A model generated the notes under the pieces. It did no database searches. It was not told where the DNA came from and was given only the letters and a program-made list of their open reading frames with translations. From NCBI GenBank assembly GCA_028534125.1, contig CM052816.1, positions 6,140,001 to 6,204,000 on the forward strand: a DNA stretch of 64,000 nucleotides, read 5' to 3'. The position numbers were made by a program, and so were the translations under genes. Of this stretch, positions 36,482 to 48,075 are shown in pieces (position 1 is the first letter of the stretch; each line of letters opens with the position of its first letter). This DNA is from Lama glama. Its lineage: Eukaryota.

Positions 36482-37449
36482 CCCAACCCAAAAGATTCTT
36501 TTGGGAAGTGTCTCCTTCACAAACTCCACTCCTAAGGTTCCCGCGGAAGCAGGCATATTTTCCCATGATCCCTCCCAGCTGGCCAGAACTGTTGTGTAAG
36601 AGTGAACATCTGACTGATCTATGGAAAGAAGTCTCTTCCTTTGGATTTTTGGTGCCCAGTGATTGTTTTCTGAGTAAATGATTGAGTCAAGTTCAATATA
36701 GAACACAATACCATTTTAACATCTAAGTACCCAAAGGGAACTCTGAACGGAATGTTTTCACGTGGTATTTCTAATAAAGTTTGATGTTATTTGCTCCACG
36801 GATGGTACTGCATACTCTGTGAAATTGACCATTCCCCACCCCAACCCCGCGCGAGAAAAAAAACACCTCTGAGGCTATTAAGAAATTGACATAACTTGAA
36901 TTGATTTATAATAGCCCAAACCACACACAATAAACCAGTAATTGAATCGAACACATCATAAACATCCATCTTGATTTTCTCTTCTGGCTGAGCAGGTGAT
37001 GCTACCTTAAAGTTTTAAATTTCATGATAAAATATTTAAGCTGGTGTAATACAGTAATAGGGCATTAGCATCAGGGATAAGATCACTTCTTTATTGCTTT
37101 GTTATTTTATGGAGGGGGAAAATGTATTGCTACTGCTAATGATATTTCAGCGTCAAAATCAGAACAATTGCTAGGCAAATACTTCTGACATAGAAGAAGT
37201 GACCTAAAATACAGGAAAGCCTGGAATCTTCTTCCTTCTCCACCTTCTCTCATTTCTAGCTGTGTGAACTGGACCACAGCATTTCCTCCTCTGAGCTTTG
37301 GTTTTTCTCAGTTATAAAATTATAGTGTAAGATGACATAAACTTTAAGTCTCCAATCTAAATATGACATATATCACTTAAACTAGGACATTAGCCAGGCA
37401 GACCCGAAATATTGTTACTGCTCTGTAAATGATTTAATAAAAAACAACT

Positions 37450-37640
37450 CACAATTCGGGTTCAGAGGAACTAGTGTGTCCTTTTGGCCACTCTTAGTTG
37501 TGTGATCTCTGTAAGTCACTTAGATGATCTAAAAGCTCAGTTTCTCTGAAACTGGGGTGGGTCGGCATAAATATCTGTCTTACGGAGTTCTTGTGGAGTG
37601 CAGATGACGTGCTGCATGGGAAGAAACTTAAACTTTCATA
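37450..37640 (+). mobile_element. MIR SINE
   Basis: ccactcttagttgtgtgatctctgtaagtcactta...ctcagtttct. Confidence 0.55.
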
Positions 37641-37689
37641 TGTTTTCATGGCAGTAAAAATGGTAGCAGTAAATAGCAGTATTCAAGTG

Positions 37690-37950
37690 ATTGTGATACC
37701 AGCTAATCTTTGTCGAGCACTAACTGTATAGCGCTACACTGATTTGAGCATTGTAATATGCACTGTCCCATTTCATCCCCACAACAAACCTTTGAGAACT
37801 GAACCTTAATTTACCTATTTTCTAGTTGGAGAAAAAGGCTTACAAAATTCAAGTTACTTGCTCAGTGACACACAGTTAATAAAAATGATGGTGCTCAGAT
37901 TCAAACCTGGGGCAGCCCACCTCTGGGATGTGAGCTTTTGCCCACTGTGG
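37690..37950 (-). mobile_element. MIR SINE
   Basis: tttgtcgagcactaactgt...catttcatccccacaacaaacc...aagttacttgctcagtgacacacagttaat...gattcaaacctgg. Confidence 0.7.
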
Positions 37951-37999
37951 TACACTGATTTATTTGTTCAGTAGTAAACAGTTTCAGATTTATGTATGT

Positions 38000-39004
38000 G
38001 GAGATTTCCACTCCCAGCAGTGTTCTTGTTTGAAATGAAGAGTTCCACTGAGAATACCAGAAAAGCTATAGCCTCAAACATCTATTTAAAGATGTTGGAG
38101 AGGTACTAAGGCAGGGAGCAAGAGATAAGGCACCAGAGAGACAGGGAACTCAGAGGAGCGAAACTGACATTCAGCACCTTTGTTTGTTTGTTTTTGAGGC
38201 ATTGACCAATTAAAAAAACTGTACCTGAAAGGCAAAAAAGCTGAGTAGAATGTTTGGGAGTTTCATGGCGCTGGGGGACCATAAGTTGTAGTTCTAAGTC
38301 CACCAAAAGAAAGGTCGTTGGTAAATACTCCAGGTTTTTAACTGTAATCTCACCCAGTAAGGGTTAACTGGAAATAGAACTCTCATAAAATACTGGTCTC
38401 CCGCTAAATCAGCCCAATTCATACTGTATTGAAGGAGCTTGTCCCTACTCAGATGGCCAGCTAGAAGCAAAAGCAAATCTCTGGGGGCTGATAACATCAT
38501 TTGGAGCCTCAAAGAGCCTCTGGGATTGTTGATACAGTGAAAATAAAAAATCAAATAAAAAAGTCACTGGTTGTAAAAGAGACAAGCATCTTGGCTGACT
38601 CAGCACAGCATTGACCGCTGACCAAGGACTGTAAGAATGTAACAGGACCACAAGAGATTCAGATATTAGGAGTCATGCATTTAAAGCAACTGTAACTAGT
38701 ACGCCCAGGGTATTAAATGACAAGATGGAGAATTTTCAGAGAAAACTGATGTCTTCAAAAAAGAATATAGATCAAAAAGGAGTAACCAGAAACAACTATA
38801 TCTCAAATTAATAACACAACAGGTAAGTGTAACAGTGTACTTGCAGAACAGAGAAGTCGAGGAAAGATTGGAAGGAAATACGTAGTCTGAATCACAGACA
38901 AGATGAAAATGCAGAAAAGAACAGAAGGGATGTGGAAGGATTCAACAGAAGCATAAACAGAGGCCCAGAGGGAGAGGAGAGAAAAAATGGAGCAGAAGCA
39001 ATAC
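38000..39004 (+). mobile_element. Old L1M 5' region / decayed ORF1
   Basis: aagatggagaattttcagagaaaactg...agatgaaaatgcagaaaag...cccagagggagaggagagaaaaaatggagcagaagcaata resembles L1 ORF1. Confidence 0.6.
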
Positions 39005-39072
39005 TTTTTTAAAAAAACAACATATTTTATTTATTTATTATTTTTAATGGAGGTACTGGAGATGGAACCCAA
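39005..39072 (-). mobile_element. Truncated camelid SINE (Vic-1-like)
   Basis: ttatttatttattatttttaatggaggtactggagatggaaccca. Confidence 0.7.
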
Positions 39073-39984
39073 ATGTTAACACATTACTTTCTTGAATACT
39101 CTAGAAAAACCTTTCAAAGAAGTTCTTAAATAGTCGTGAACTTGGAAAATACAGGGATATGTGTTTTTCTCCAAATGAATAGGTAAAAACATAAAGGTAA
39201 AAAAATGATGGCTAGAACTTTACTGTAATTACCCATATTTGTATTCATGTAGCACAAGTTTATACTCTTTCATCTCAAAATTGAGATTTCTGTGAAAGAG
39301 AGATGAATATGGAGAGCTTCTGTTTGATATTTAGTTTGAGTTGTGTGTTGTTTTTCCATTTTCTTCCAGAGAGAAGTTTTCATGTTTCATATATTGAAGA
39401 CACCATAAAGACCAAAAGAAGACAGAACTTTAAAAAACTGGGTAAGCATGCATCTTATAGTCCTATAAGGGATTCAGGAATCAAAAAATTGAATTCCAGT
39501 GCAGAAAACTAGACATTTTTAACTTGTTTCAGGGAGCCTATGCTTATGTTCATAGATGGTAAATCAAAAGGAGAAGTCTGCCAATTGACTGGACTTCCAA
39601 GCCTCAGATATTCCTTATGTTTATTCATTCATTCATTCACACACAATAATTTAATGTAGCACAATGCACAAAGCACATGGCTCCTTAAAAGCAGCATTCA
39701 CTTCTTTTTTGTTCACTGTTAACATGCCCAAGCGTCTGGCACACTGGTTGGCACAGGGTCAGTGCTCACAAGTATTTGTTGAATTGCTGCATGGATAAAT
39801 GAATGAAAGCACTCTTTGGATACTGTGGCTGAAAGCCCAAATGAATCAGATGTAAATCATGGATCCTTGTGTCTTCGCAACACCTCCACGGCGTGTCTCC
39901 TCCAGCCAGACTGTAAGTATTGCTGGTTGTCAAGGTTTTCACTAGCCTTTATCTAGGCAAGTTCATCAAACTCAGTATTTTTCT

Positions 39985-41135
39985 TTTTCTTTTAATTAAA
40001 TGGAACTACATGTTCAGAAAAGTGCAGAGATCATAAGCAGACAGCATCATGAATTTGTACAAAATGAATACACTCATGAAACCAGCACCTGATGCAGGAT
40101 GTTGAATGTTACCGGCAGCCCGGAAGCCTCCCTCAGCCCAGTCTCAGTCATCATTCCCTATATTTTACGACGACAGGTTTCATAAGATTTTAGTTTTACC
40201 TGATTTTGAACTTAACAACAAATGAAAACACACAGAGTGTATTCTTTCATATCTGGCTTCTCTTGCTTAATACTGTAATTGAGATTGATCTCTGTTGGCT
40301 ATAATTACTTGATTTTCATTTCTGGATACTACTCATTGTATGAATATATCAGAACTTATTTATCCATTCTTCTATTGCTAGACGTGCGGTGTTTTGGTTG
40401 TTTTTAGTTTTGGCTACTGGGGTTAATGCTGCTGGGAGTAATTTAACATATCCTTTGGTGCGCATAGTCAAGCACTGTGTTGGGCTTAGAGCTAGGAGGG
40501 TGATAGGTAATGCGCCTTTCTGTTTAAGTGACTATAGTATCAAAGCGTTCTCCCAAGTGGTTGTATTAGGTAAGCAGCATATGAGTGTTCCAGCTCCTCT
40601 GTGTCCCTGCCAATAATTGCTATATTTTGATTTTTTTCATCTTAGTTGATATGTAATGGTATCTCATTGTAGTTTTAATTCGCATTTCCTTAATAATTAA
40701 ATTGATCTCTTTTTCGTATGTTTTTGGGTCATTTGGAGAGCCTCTTTGGTAAAGTGGTGGCTTTGCCATCTTTCTAATTTTCTACTGAATTTTTGGAGTT
40801 GTGAGTTCTTGGTAGATAAATGTATTGCAAACCTATTTTCCCACACTATTGCTTGTCTTTTTACTCTTTCTATGTTTTTTTTTTCTGATGAAAGAAGTTC
40901 TTAAATTTGAAATAGTCCTGTGTAAGAAATCGATCTGTTCCCCTCAGAATTATAAAGACAGTCTCCTGTGATACCTTCTAAAGCTTATTGTTTTACTTTA
41001 TCTGTTTGGGTTAACATTCTATCTAGAATTAATTTTTGCATACAATATGAAATAGGACTTAAACATCTGTGTATTTTTTCCATATGGATATCCAATTTAT
41101 CTAGCATATTTATTGAAAAGACAATGGTTTCCCTA
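39985..41135 (-). mobile_element. L1ME1/2-like 3' end
   Basis: cagaaaagtgcagagatcataag..acagc..atgaattt..caaaatgaatacactcatg...taatggtatctcattgtagttttaatt. Confidence 0.75.
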
Positions 41136-41459
41136 CCTCGCTGTATGTATTACAACATATTCTGTCTTTTGGCACGTCTGTCCCCTCTACCTGATGTAAG
41201 TCACTCAGTGGCAGATACTGTGTCGTCTTCATCTCAGAATATCTAGTGTCCAGCGTGGCTCAGTACTTTTTCTATGTATTTTTTGAACCAGTTTGCATAT
41301 TTCAAGGTTAAGTGAGAAAAGCGTTACAGAAGTAGAACAGATGGATTGCTGTAGTGGTCACCAGAAGGAAAGGATCTTTGGGACTGGGGACATTAAGAGA
41401 GGGTTCATTGAGCAAGTGGCAGTCAGACAGGACTGGATGACTGAATGTGGTGTAAAGGG

Positions 41460-41652
41460 GATTCTAGACTGATACTTACTATTGTGGTTTCCTGGGACAA
41501 GCTGTATAACGTGTGTAATACTAAATTTTCTTTGTAAATTGGGGATCGTTGTATTTCTTTTTACTATATCTGTCAGAATTAAATGAGATGGCCCATGTAA
41601 TTCAGTAAGGAAAATGCCCAGAACACAATAACCATTTAATAAATATTAGGTT
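41460..41652 (+). mobile_element. MIR SINE
   Basis: tgtaaattggggat...agaattaaatgagatg..catgtaa...tgccca..acacaataa...aataaatattag. Confidence 0.6.
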
Positions 41653-41654
41653 AT

Positions 41655-42208
41655 TTTAATATGTTTTTATTGACGTAGTCAGTTTAAAATGTTGTGTCCA
41701 CTTCTGTTGCACAGCACAATGCTTCAGTCATACATGAGCATACATATGTTTGTTTTCATATTCTTTTTTTTACCATAGATTACTACAAGATACTGAGTAT
41801 AGTTCCCTGTGCTATACAGTAGAAGCTTGCTGTTTATCTAATTTATATATAGTAGTTAGTATTTGTAAATCTCAAACTCCAAGTTTATCCTTTCCTACTT
41901 CCTACCCTGCCAGTAACCTTAAGTTTGTTTTCTATGTCTGTGAGTCCATTTCTATTTTGTAAATAAATTTGTCTTTTTTTTTTAGATTTTACATATAAGT
42001 GATATATTATTTTTTCTCTTTCTGACTTATTTCACTTAGAATGACAATCTCCAGGTTCATCCATGTTACTGCAAATGGCATTATTTTATTTTTTATGGCT
42101 GAGTAGTATTCCATTGTATAAATATAACACAACTTCTTTATCCAGTCATCTGTCAATGGACAGTTAGGTTGTTTCCATGTCTTGGCTATTGTAAATTGTG
42201 CTGCTATA
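41655..42208 (-). mobile_element. Camelid L1 3' end
   Basis: tatagttccctgtgctatacagtag...ttcacttagaatgacaatctccagg; minus-strand peptide QFTIAKTWKQPNCPLTDDWIKKLCYIYTMEYYSAIK (end of ORF2). Confidence 0.9.
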
Positions 42209-42431
42209 TTAATAAAAGAATTCAAGCACCAGCAATTGGGAGAATACAGGGTGCAGATGAAGGATAGGAAATCTGTGTGTTTTATAAAACGAGACATGAA
42301 GGAGAGTATTGCAAATTTAGGTTAGACAGTGAAGAGGGACTTAATTCAGCAGAAGACTGTGAATGTCCTCCTAAGTGGTCTTAAGTCTAAAATATGTAAT
42401 AATCTGAATAACAGGATTTAATTAATGGAAA

Positions 42432-42585
42432 CAGGGCATATGGCTGACATGCCGGCCTCCACTACCTCAGTTCTGTGACCCTGTCAGACAGCACTGATGC
42501 CGCATCCAGATGTGGCTTCCAAATTCTCAATAGATTGGTTCAGGCAGACATTGCCAATCAATCAGGAACCTACTTACCATCTCTG
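42432..42585. mobile_element. MER117-like hAT-Charlie MITE
   Basis: caggg..catatggc...ccagatgtggc..ttctcaa..caggcagacattgccaatcaatcag..aacctacttaccatctctg. Confidence 0.5.
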
Positions 42586-43714
42586 AGTAGCAAGTGTCTC
42601 TGTGGCTGCAGGTAATTTAGCCTATGCAGACATAGCCAAAGTAAGGGGAGAAATTAGATGTTTACTAATTAAGTAATATGAGAATAATTTGTAGAAGAAT
42701 TGTCAGTTAAATCCCATTTCTAGTCTATCCCCTGAAGTTTGCAGGCTGTTCTTTTATGCTTTGCATTAGTGTGACCCATCAGAGCTTTGAAAATTCGTAT
42801 ACATGATCACAGTTCATCCTCAGGAAAACCTATGAGGACTTGGAACCAAACTCACAGAATCACCTACAGAAATAACCAGACTGATGCTTTGTGAGAATTC
42901 TTGGAGTGAATTAATGTTAGCACCAAGGTTGAAGCCCTGGCCTTCGACTCCTCCTTCAGAGCTGAAGGCAGCAGGAACTGACTGTTCTGGGTCCATTCTG
43001 CCCTCTAGCTCAGTCCTCTTGTGTGGGTCTGGTTTCCAATTAACAGTCGTCAGCCTTGTCGGAAGCACCTTTTCCTTTCTTTTATTATAATTCCCTTTTA
43101 GTTTCTTCAGTGCAGCCAGTGAGCTTCAGAAGTGATCTGTGCAAAGAACAGGTGCTGCATTAACTGCAGGTTCCCTCCTGTCTCCTGTGAGGGCGTTAGT
43201 GTCCTAGATGGAGTGGAGAAGATATGTTCTGAGCTTCTCACCATGACCCCATCCGTCAAATACTTGGGGAAATGAAACTGAGCCAAGGTCAGCAGTTTCC
43301 TTTCCCATTGGACTCAGAGACATTGTATCTCCGAGGGGGTAAACTAGTATACATTGCCTTGTCTTTTCCATGCATTTTGACTTCAGATCACATTTTGTTT
43401 CACTTTCCATTTTATTGTGAAATTTATCTTTCTCTCTCTCTTTTTTTTTTAACATGTGAAAAGCTTCTCTCTAAAATTAGATTCTAATTGTCCTGATACT
43501 GGAGATACAATAGATTTATTTTGTAGATCCCATAATACCCAGTGTAGTACTGAGACTGTTATTAATTCCACATTTCAGATGTGGAAATTGAGAGTAAGAA
43601 AATAAAGTGAGTTTCTTAGGGTTTCTGATCTTAGCCAAAGGGCTCTTTGGCTATACTGCCTTGTCTCAGTTTCCTTATCTATAAAATGGTATAGTAATAG
43701 TATTTACCTCATGA

Positions 43715-43845
43715 TTGTTGTTGTTGTTGTTACAGTTTGTTTACAATGTTGTGTCAGTTTCAGTGTACAGCACAATTTTTCAGTCATACATGAAAATACA
43801 TATATTCATTTTCATATTCTTTTTCACCATGAGCTACTACAATGT
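43715..43845 (-). mobile_element. Very short camelid L1 3' end inserted into a + strand MIR (43660-43930)
   Basis: (GTT)n-converted tail, ttacaatgttgtgtcagtttcagtgtacagcacaatttttcagtcatacatgaa; the MIR resumes at gaggattgag. Confidence 0.75.
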
Positions 43846-44439
43846 TTTTCTTTTAAATGAGGATTGAGTTAGTTTATGGAAAATCTTTGGTATAGTGATT
43901 AGCTTAGAGTAAAAAAGATTATGCGTATTATTGTACGCAGATCAATACATGAAAGAAAATAGAATATATTGTGATCACCCAGCCAAAAACGATTGCAAAT
44001 TAAATCTTTGGTCAAGTTGTCTGCAGTTTGGCAACTGTCCTTTTGCCCCCTGTTTATCTGAAAAAGAATAACTTTTTCTCTTGATGGCTTCCAAGTAGCT
44101 CAGCCAGCCACTGAAGGACAGAACAGCTTGACTGTGGAAGACATTCTATTCCAAGATGCTGGGCTATAATAGGATTCAACCCTAGGCTCACTGTGTTCTA
44201 ATCTGGAAAGCTCTGTTCCTGCTTTTTGTGACCTTCCTCCAGAAAGAAAATGTTCTGATTTAGAACTGGGTAGGGGTTAGGATGCAAGGGCCTGATCAGT
44301 TGTAGCATATCTTAGCTTCCCTAGCTTTATAGACAAGAAACGTCAAATAGAAGCTTGAAAAAAGGGAATGAGAAAAATAGCAAATGGACACAAAGCTCCT
44401 TACAAGGTTGCAGCTGTTTGAATATTTTGAATTTGGGGT

Positions 44440-44640
44440 TGTGAGCAGTGGAATAGGACAAAAATAGGATCTGGAATCCAGAGAACCCAGATTCCAGTCA
44501 TGGCTTCCTCATTAGCATGTGTGTGACAGTGTGAATTAGTTTCCTCATCTGAAAATGGATGCAACTGCCCCGCAGGACTATAGTGAGGGTAACATGGAAT
44601 AATACATGTGAGTGCAGCCAGTAAACATTCACTGTTATCA
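44440..44640 (+). mobile_element. MIR SINE
   Basis: tctggaatccagagaacccag...agtttcctcatctgaaaatgg...aatacatgtga. Confidence 0.65.
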
Positions 44641-45049
44641 TTGGAAGTGAAGACCCAGTATTATAGTCATTCAACCACCAAGAAAATGTGACACATTCAG
44701 CATTGTTCTTGCCTCTTGTTCAGATGAAACATAAAGCAATATACTTAATCTGCAAAAATTGCATAACTTAAGAGCACAAAGCATCAGGACCAGTTATTTG
44801 CACTGCAATATCCAAGTCTTTTTTGAAGTCTTCTCCATATTTCCCTTGAAAATAGTTAAAGCTTCCTTAGTATTTTTTAAAATTATATAAAAGAGAAAAG
44901 CATGGAAGAAGCTTTATATTTGGTTATTGTTTATTGAGGGTCCATCCACAGACAGCTGTTTGAATAACAATACAGTCTACTCAAGCTGTGGAAAACAGCA
45001 TTTGATTTGCCTAGCCCAATTACATTTCCTTAGCTTTGGGGCTACTGAA

Positions 45050-45285
45050 TGAAGGCTGTGTGTAGAGTGGTTAAGAACAGACTTTGGTTTCAGACCAGGG
45101 CACAATTTGCAAGCCTGACAAATTTTAAGTTGTAAACATTTGAACAAATATGTGACCCTCTTAGCCTCTGTATTCTCATCAGTAAAATTGGAATATTAGC
45201 TTGTGTGGGCTGTAATGAGGACTGAATGAGGTAGCACATCTGTAGATGATGCCAAGTGCTTATTAAACATCCAGTCTACTTTAGT
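45050..45285 (+). mobile_element. MIR SINE
   Basis: tgtagagtggttaagaacagactttgg..tcagacc...ctcatcagtaaaattgg...tgaggactgaatgag. Confidence 0.7.
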
Positions 45286-46352
45286 TGTTCCTTTCCTTAT
45301 TGTGGTGCCTAGGATACTGTTGTACTTTACCAGGAGGCGGATCGTATAGAATCCTTTCTATATCCCTTGCATCTGCTTCAACTGTGGAAACATACAGAAT
45401 GTGAGAGCTGGCCGCTGCATTAGAGATCATCTAGCTTCAGACTTCTTTTCTCAGAAAGATTTCTGATGCTCTGATGAGCTATGTGCTGATCAGAGCCCAG
45501 ACTGCTATACCTTCTTCCCCACAGTTCTCCATCCTCTTCATCCCTAGGGGACATTTAATAACATGATGGGAGGTAAGGGACCTGGAGACGCAGAGAGCCT
45601 AAAGGGAGATGAGAAGAAATTTAACCTGTTGGAAAGAGAACTTGGAATAAGCTTAGACTTAAATCAGATGAGAAACATGCCCCTAAGCCCTTCTCACATA
45701 AGCCCATAGCCAAAGGCAATCACTTGCAGCACAAGAAAATGTTAAGTTAAATGAATTAAAAGTTGTGTGTGCCAAGGCGGAACAGACTTGCTAACAGTGA
45801 GAGACCCATTTAATGAATATCGGCTAAGGTGTAGATTTATGCACAATAAAATTCTGCATTTGACAGATTTTTACTACTCTACATTTCAAGTTTATACAAA
45901 GAGCTAATAATTTTTCTCGATAGGCCATTCTTTCCAAATGCATTTAATCAGTGATAAGAACAACAAAGAGGTCTCATTCTATGCCTCAGCCTTCATAGTT
46001 CCCCGTTTGCTTTTTCTATGTTTAAAATAAAATTGCTCTTTGGAGAAAAAATTTAACAGGCCTAGGTAGCACTTTGAATGTGGGTCAGCATACAGGAATG
46101 TCAGAGTGTCCTTAGGGGTCATATTAGAGGTCATTTTTCAGTATGGAAAACCAAGACCCCCAGGTGATTTATAGCAGAAAACCAGGTTCTCCTGGAGAAA
46201 TACTGTGTCAGCTTCCAAATGATAAAGCCTTGTGCTTGGAAAAATAACCTGGGTGTTCTTCTACTTGTTATGAGTGGGGTACTTCATCTCTGCCACCCCT
46301 CTATGACTTTGATGTTTGAAACGCCAGTGTTCTTCGTGTCAGGTTTTACTCT

Positions 46353-46652
46353 TGTTACGCAGAGGGGCCATGGTCACTGGGACCAGCAGTGCAAATATAA
46401 AAAGTTTGTTGAGAAAAAACTTACAGGAGAAGTAGTAGAGTGCATGGGCAAGGCTTAACCCGTCTACAGGCATTATGGCCAACCTTCTGAAAGAGAGGGG
46501 CCGGGGCCCTGGCATATGCTGTACATATTTGCAGGGTCAGGCATCGGGGACATTGATGTGACTATTTAAGTAGTGTGCTGAGGCACACTTCCACTGCATC
46601 CTAAAAGCTGATGATCCTCACCTTTCCCCAGCTGGATCTTCATCACTTCACA
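46353..46652. mobile_element. Possible short solo LTR, family unassigned
   Basis: Begins tgtt and ends aca; LTR-like composition; no TSD found. Confidence 0.3.
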
Positions 46653-46964
46653 TTGTCAGCTTAATGTTGGCCACGGTGAGGATACTTGCACATCAGAAAT
46701 TGAAAAATACTACAAAGTGGGGATTTTGGGGTTGGGGGGCTGGAGGGAGATACTCTATTAGCACATAGGTGCAACTGTGTGCTAATGGGAAGCTTTCTGG
46801 TTAGAGCAGTACCCCTGTTAGAAAGACAAAGCCTTGGGAGCTTACCCAGATCTTCTGAGCTCTCTTCTGCAAAGCTACTCAAAAAGAGGCAGGGGAATGA
46901 GCCTTACAGGGCAGTCTAGATCTGTCCCTCATTGGCTCTCTTGTAAAAGTTTCATTCTCCAAAG

Positions 46965-47200
46965 AGTAAAAATAATTATAACATTAATAGCTAATAGCAA
47001 AAAACCCTTACCATGTGCCAGCTACTTTGCTAATTTGTCATTTAGTTCTCAAAGTAATCGTCATTACAGTTTTTATCACCATTTTATATGGGAGGAAACC
47101 AAGGCCTGTAACATAATATATAATTTGCTTGAGGGATTAGAGCTTTTTGAGAGGCAATGGCAAAGGCCAGTCAGATTCTAGACCTGGAACTCCTAAGCTT
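46965..47200 (-). mobile_element. MIR SINE
   Basis: aatagctaa..cttaccatgtgccag...cattttatatgggaggaaaccaaggc. Confidence 0.65.
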
Positions 47201-48016
47201 GATTCTGTTCTGTAGATTATTCTTAAGAATGGTGATTTCCAGTTTATGGACCCAGGCAGGGGGAGGCTGTAGGAGGGCTGAAAGGGAATTGAGTCCATTT
47301 GCACAGGAATCATTATGTAGACACCAAATAATTATCTCACACCTGTTCATACTACTGTTTTCAAATGTATCTGAATACTGTTGAGATGAATACATACTTG
47401 CTTTTTGAATGTACATTAGAATTAGTTAAGTGCCTACTGTGTTGTAAACATTTCACCATGTCCTGGGCATATAACAGCAAAATAGATAAATATGATCCTA
47501 ATACAATAATAATAAATACAATAATAATACAATAATAAATACAATAATTAATAAAAGCTAAAAGGGCAATCCTATGATGTGAATTGAACAAAATCTTTGC
47601 TGATCCAGACAACACCTTGTTTTGGAAATGCTGGGGAACTCCTGCCTCTGGAGTGAATGCCTCTTGCCTCAGCAGTCTTGTCCCGAAAACTCACTGCCAC
47701 TTGTCCTATATGTGCCTCGATTACCCCGTCGTTGGGGCTCCTATTATGGCTTCCTAACTCGCCTGTCACCCTCTGTTTCCTCTTGAGCCCAGTCTACCCA
47801 GCATGCACTGCCAAGTTCTTTCTGACAATTAGATATGAGAAATCATTTTCTTCTACTGAATGGTGGTCAAGCCTGGCCAACAGAATACGGGTCTAAGGAT
47901 CAACGTGTATTTCTCTCTCTAACTTTGGTGTAAGTCTGTGTAAGTGAAGCATACTCACGTCACTCTTGTGCTCAGTATTTAGGTATTGTAATTCCTTCAT
48001 CCTCCTCAGGATTGAT

Positions 48017-48075
48017 TTCTCTCTCTGTCTCTGTCTGTCTGTCTGTCTCTCTCTCTCTCACACACACACACACAC
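48017..48075. repeat. Compound (CT)n/(CTGT)n/(CA)n microsatellite
   Basis: Directly visible. Confidence 0.9.

Noticed and set aside
35866..36706. Four long ORFs of 206-247 aa
   Set aside because: Artefacts of translating the 500-N gap.
47500..47556. AATAATAAATAC-like repeats resembling an array
   Set aside because: Simple low-complexity expansion inside an L2 remnant; no repeat-spacer structure, not CRISPR.
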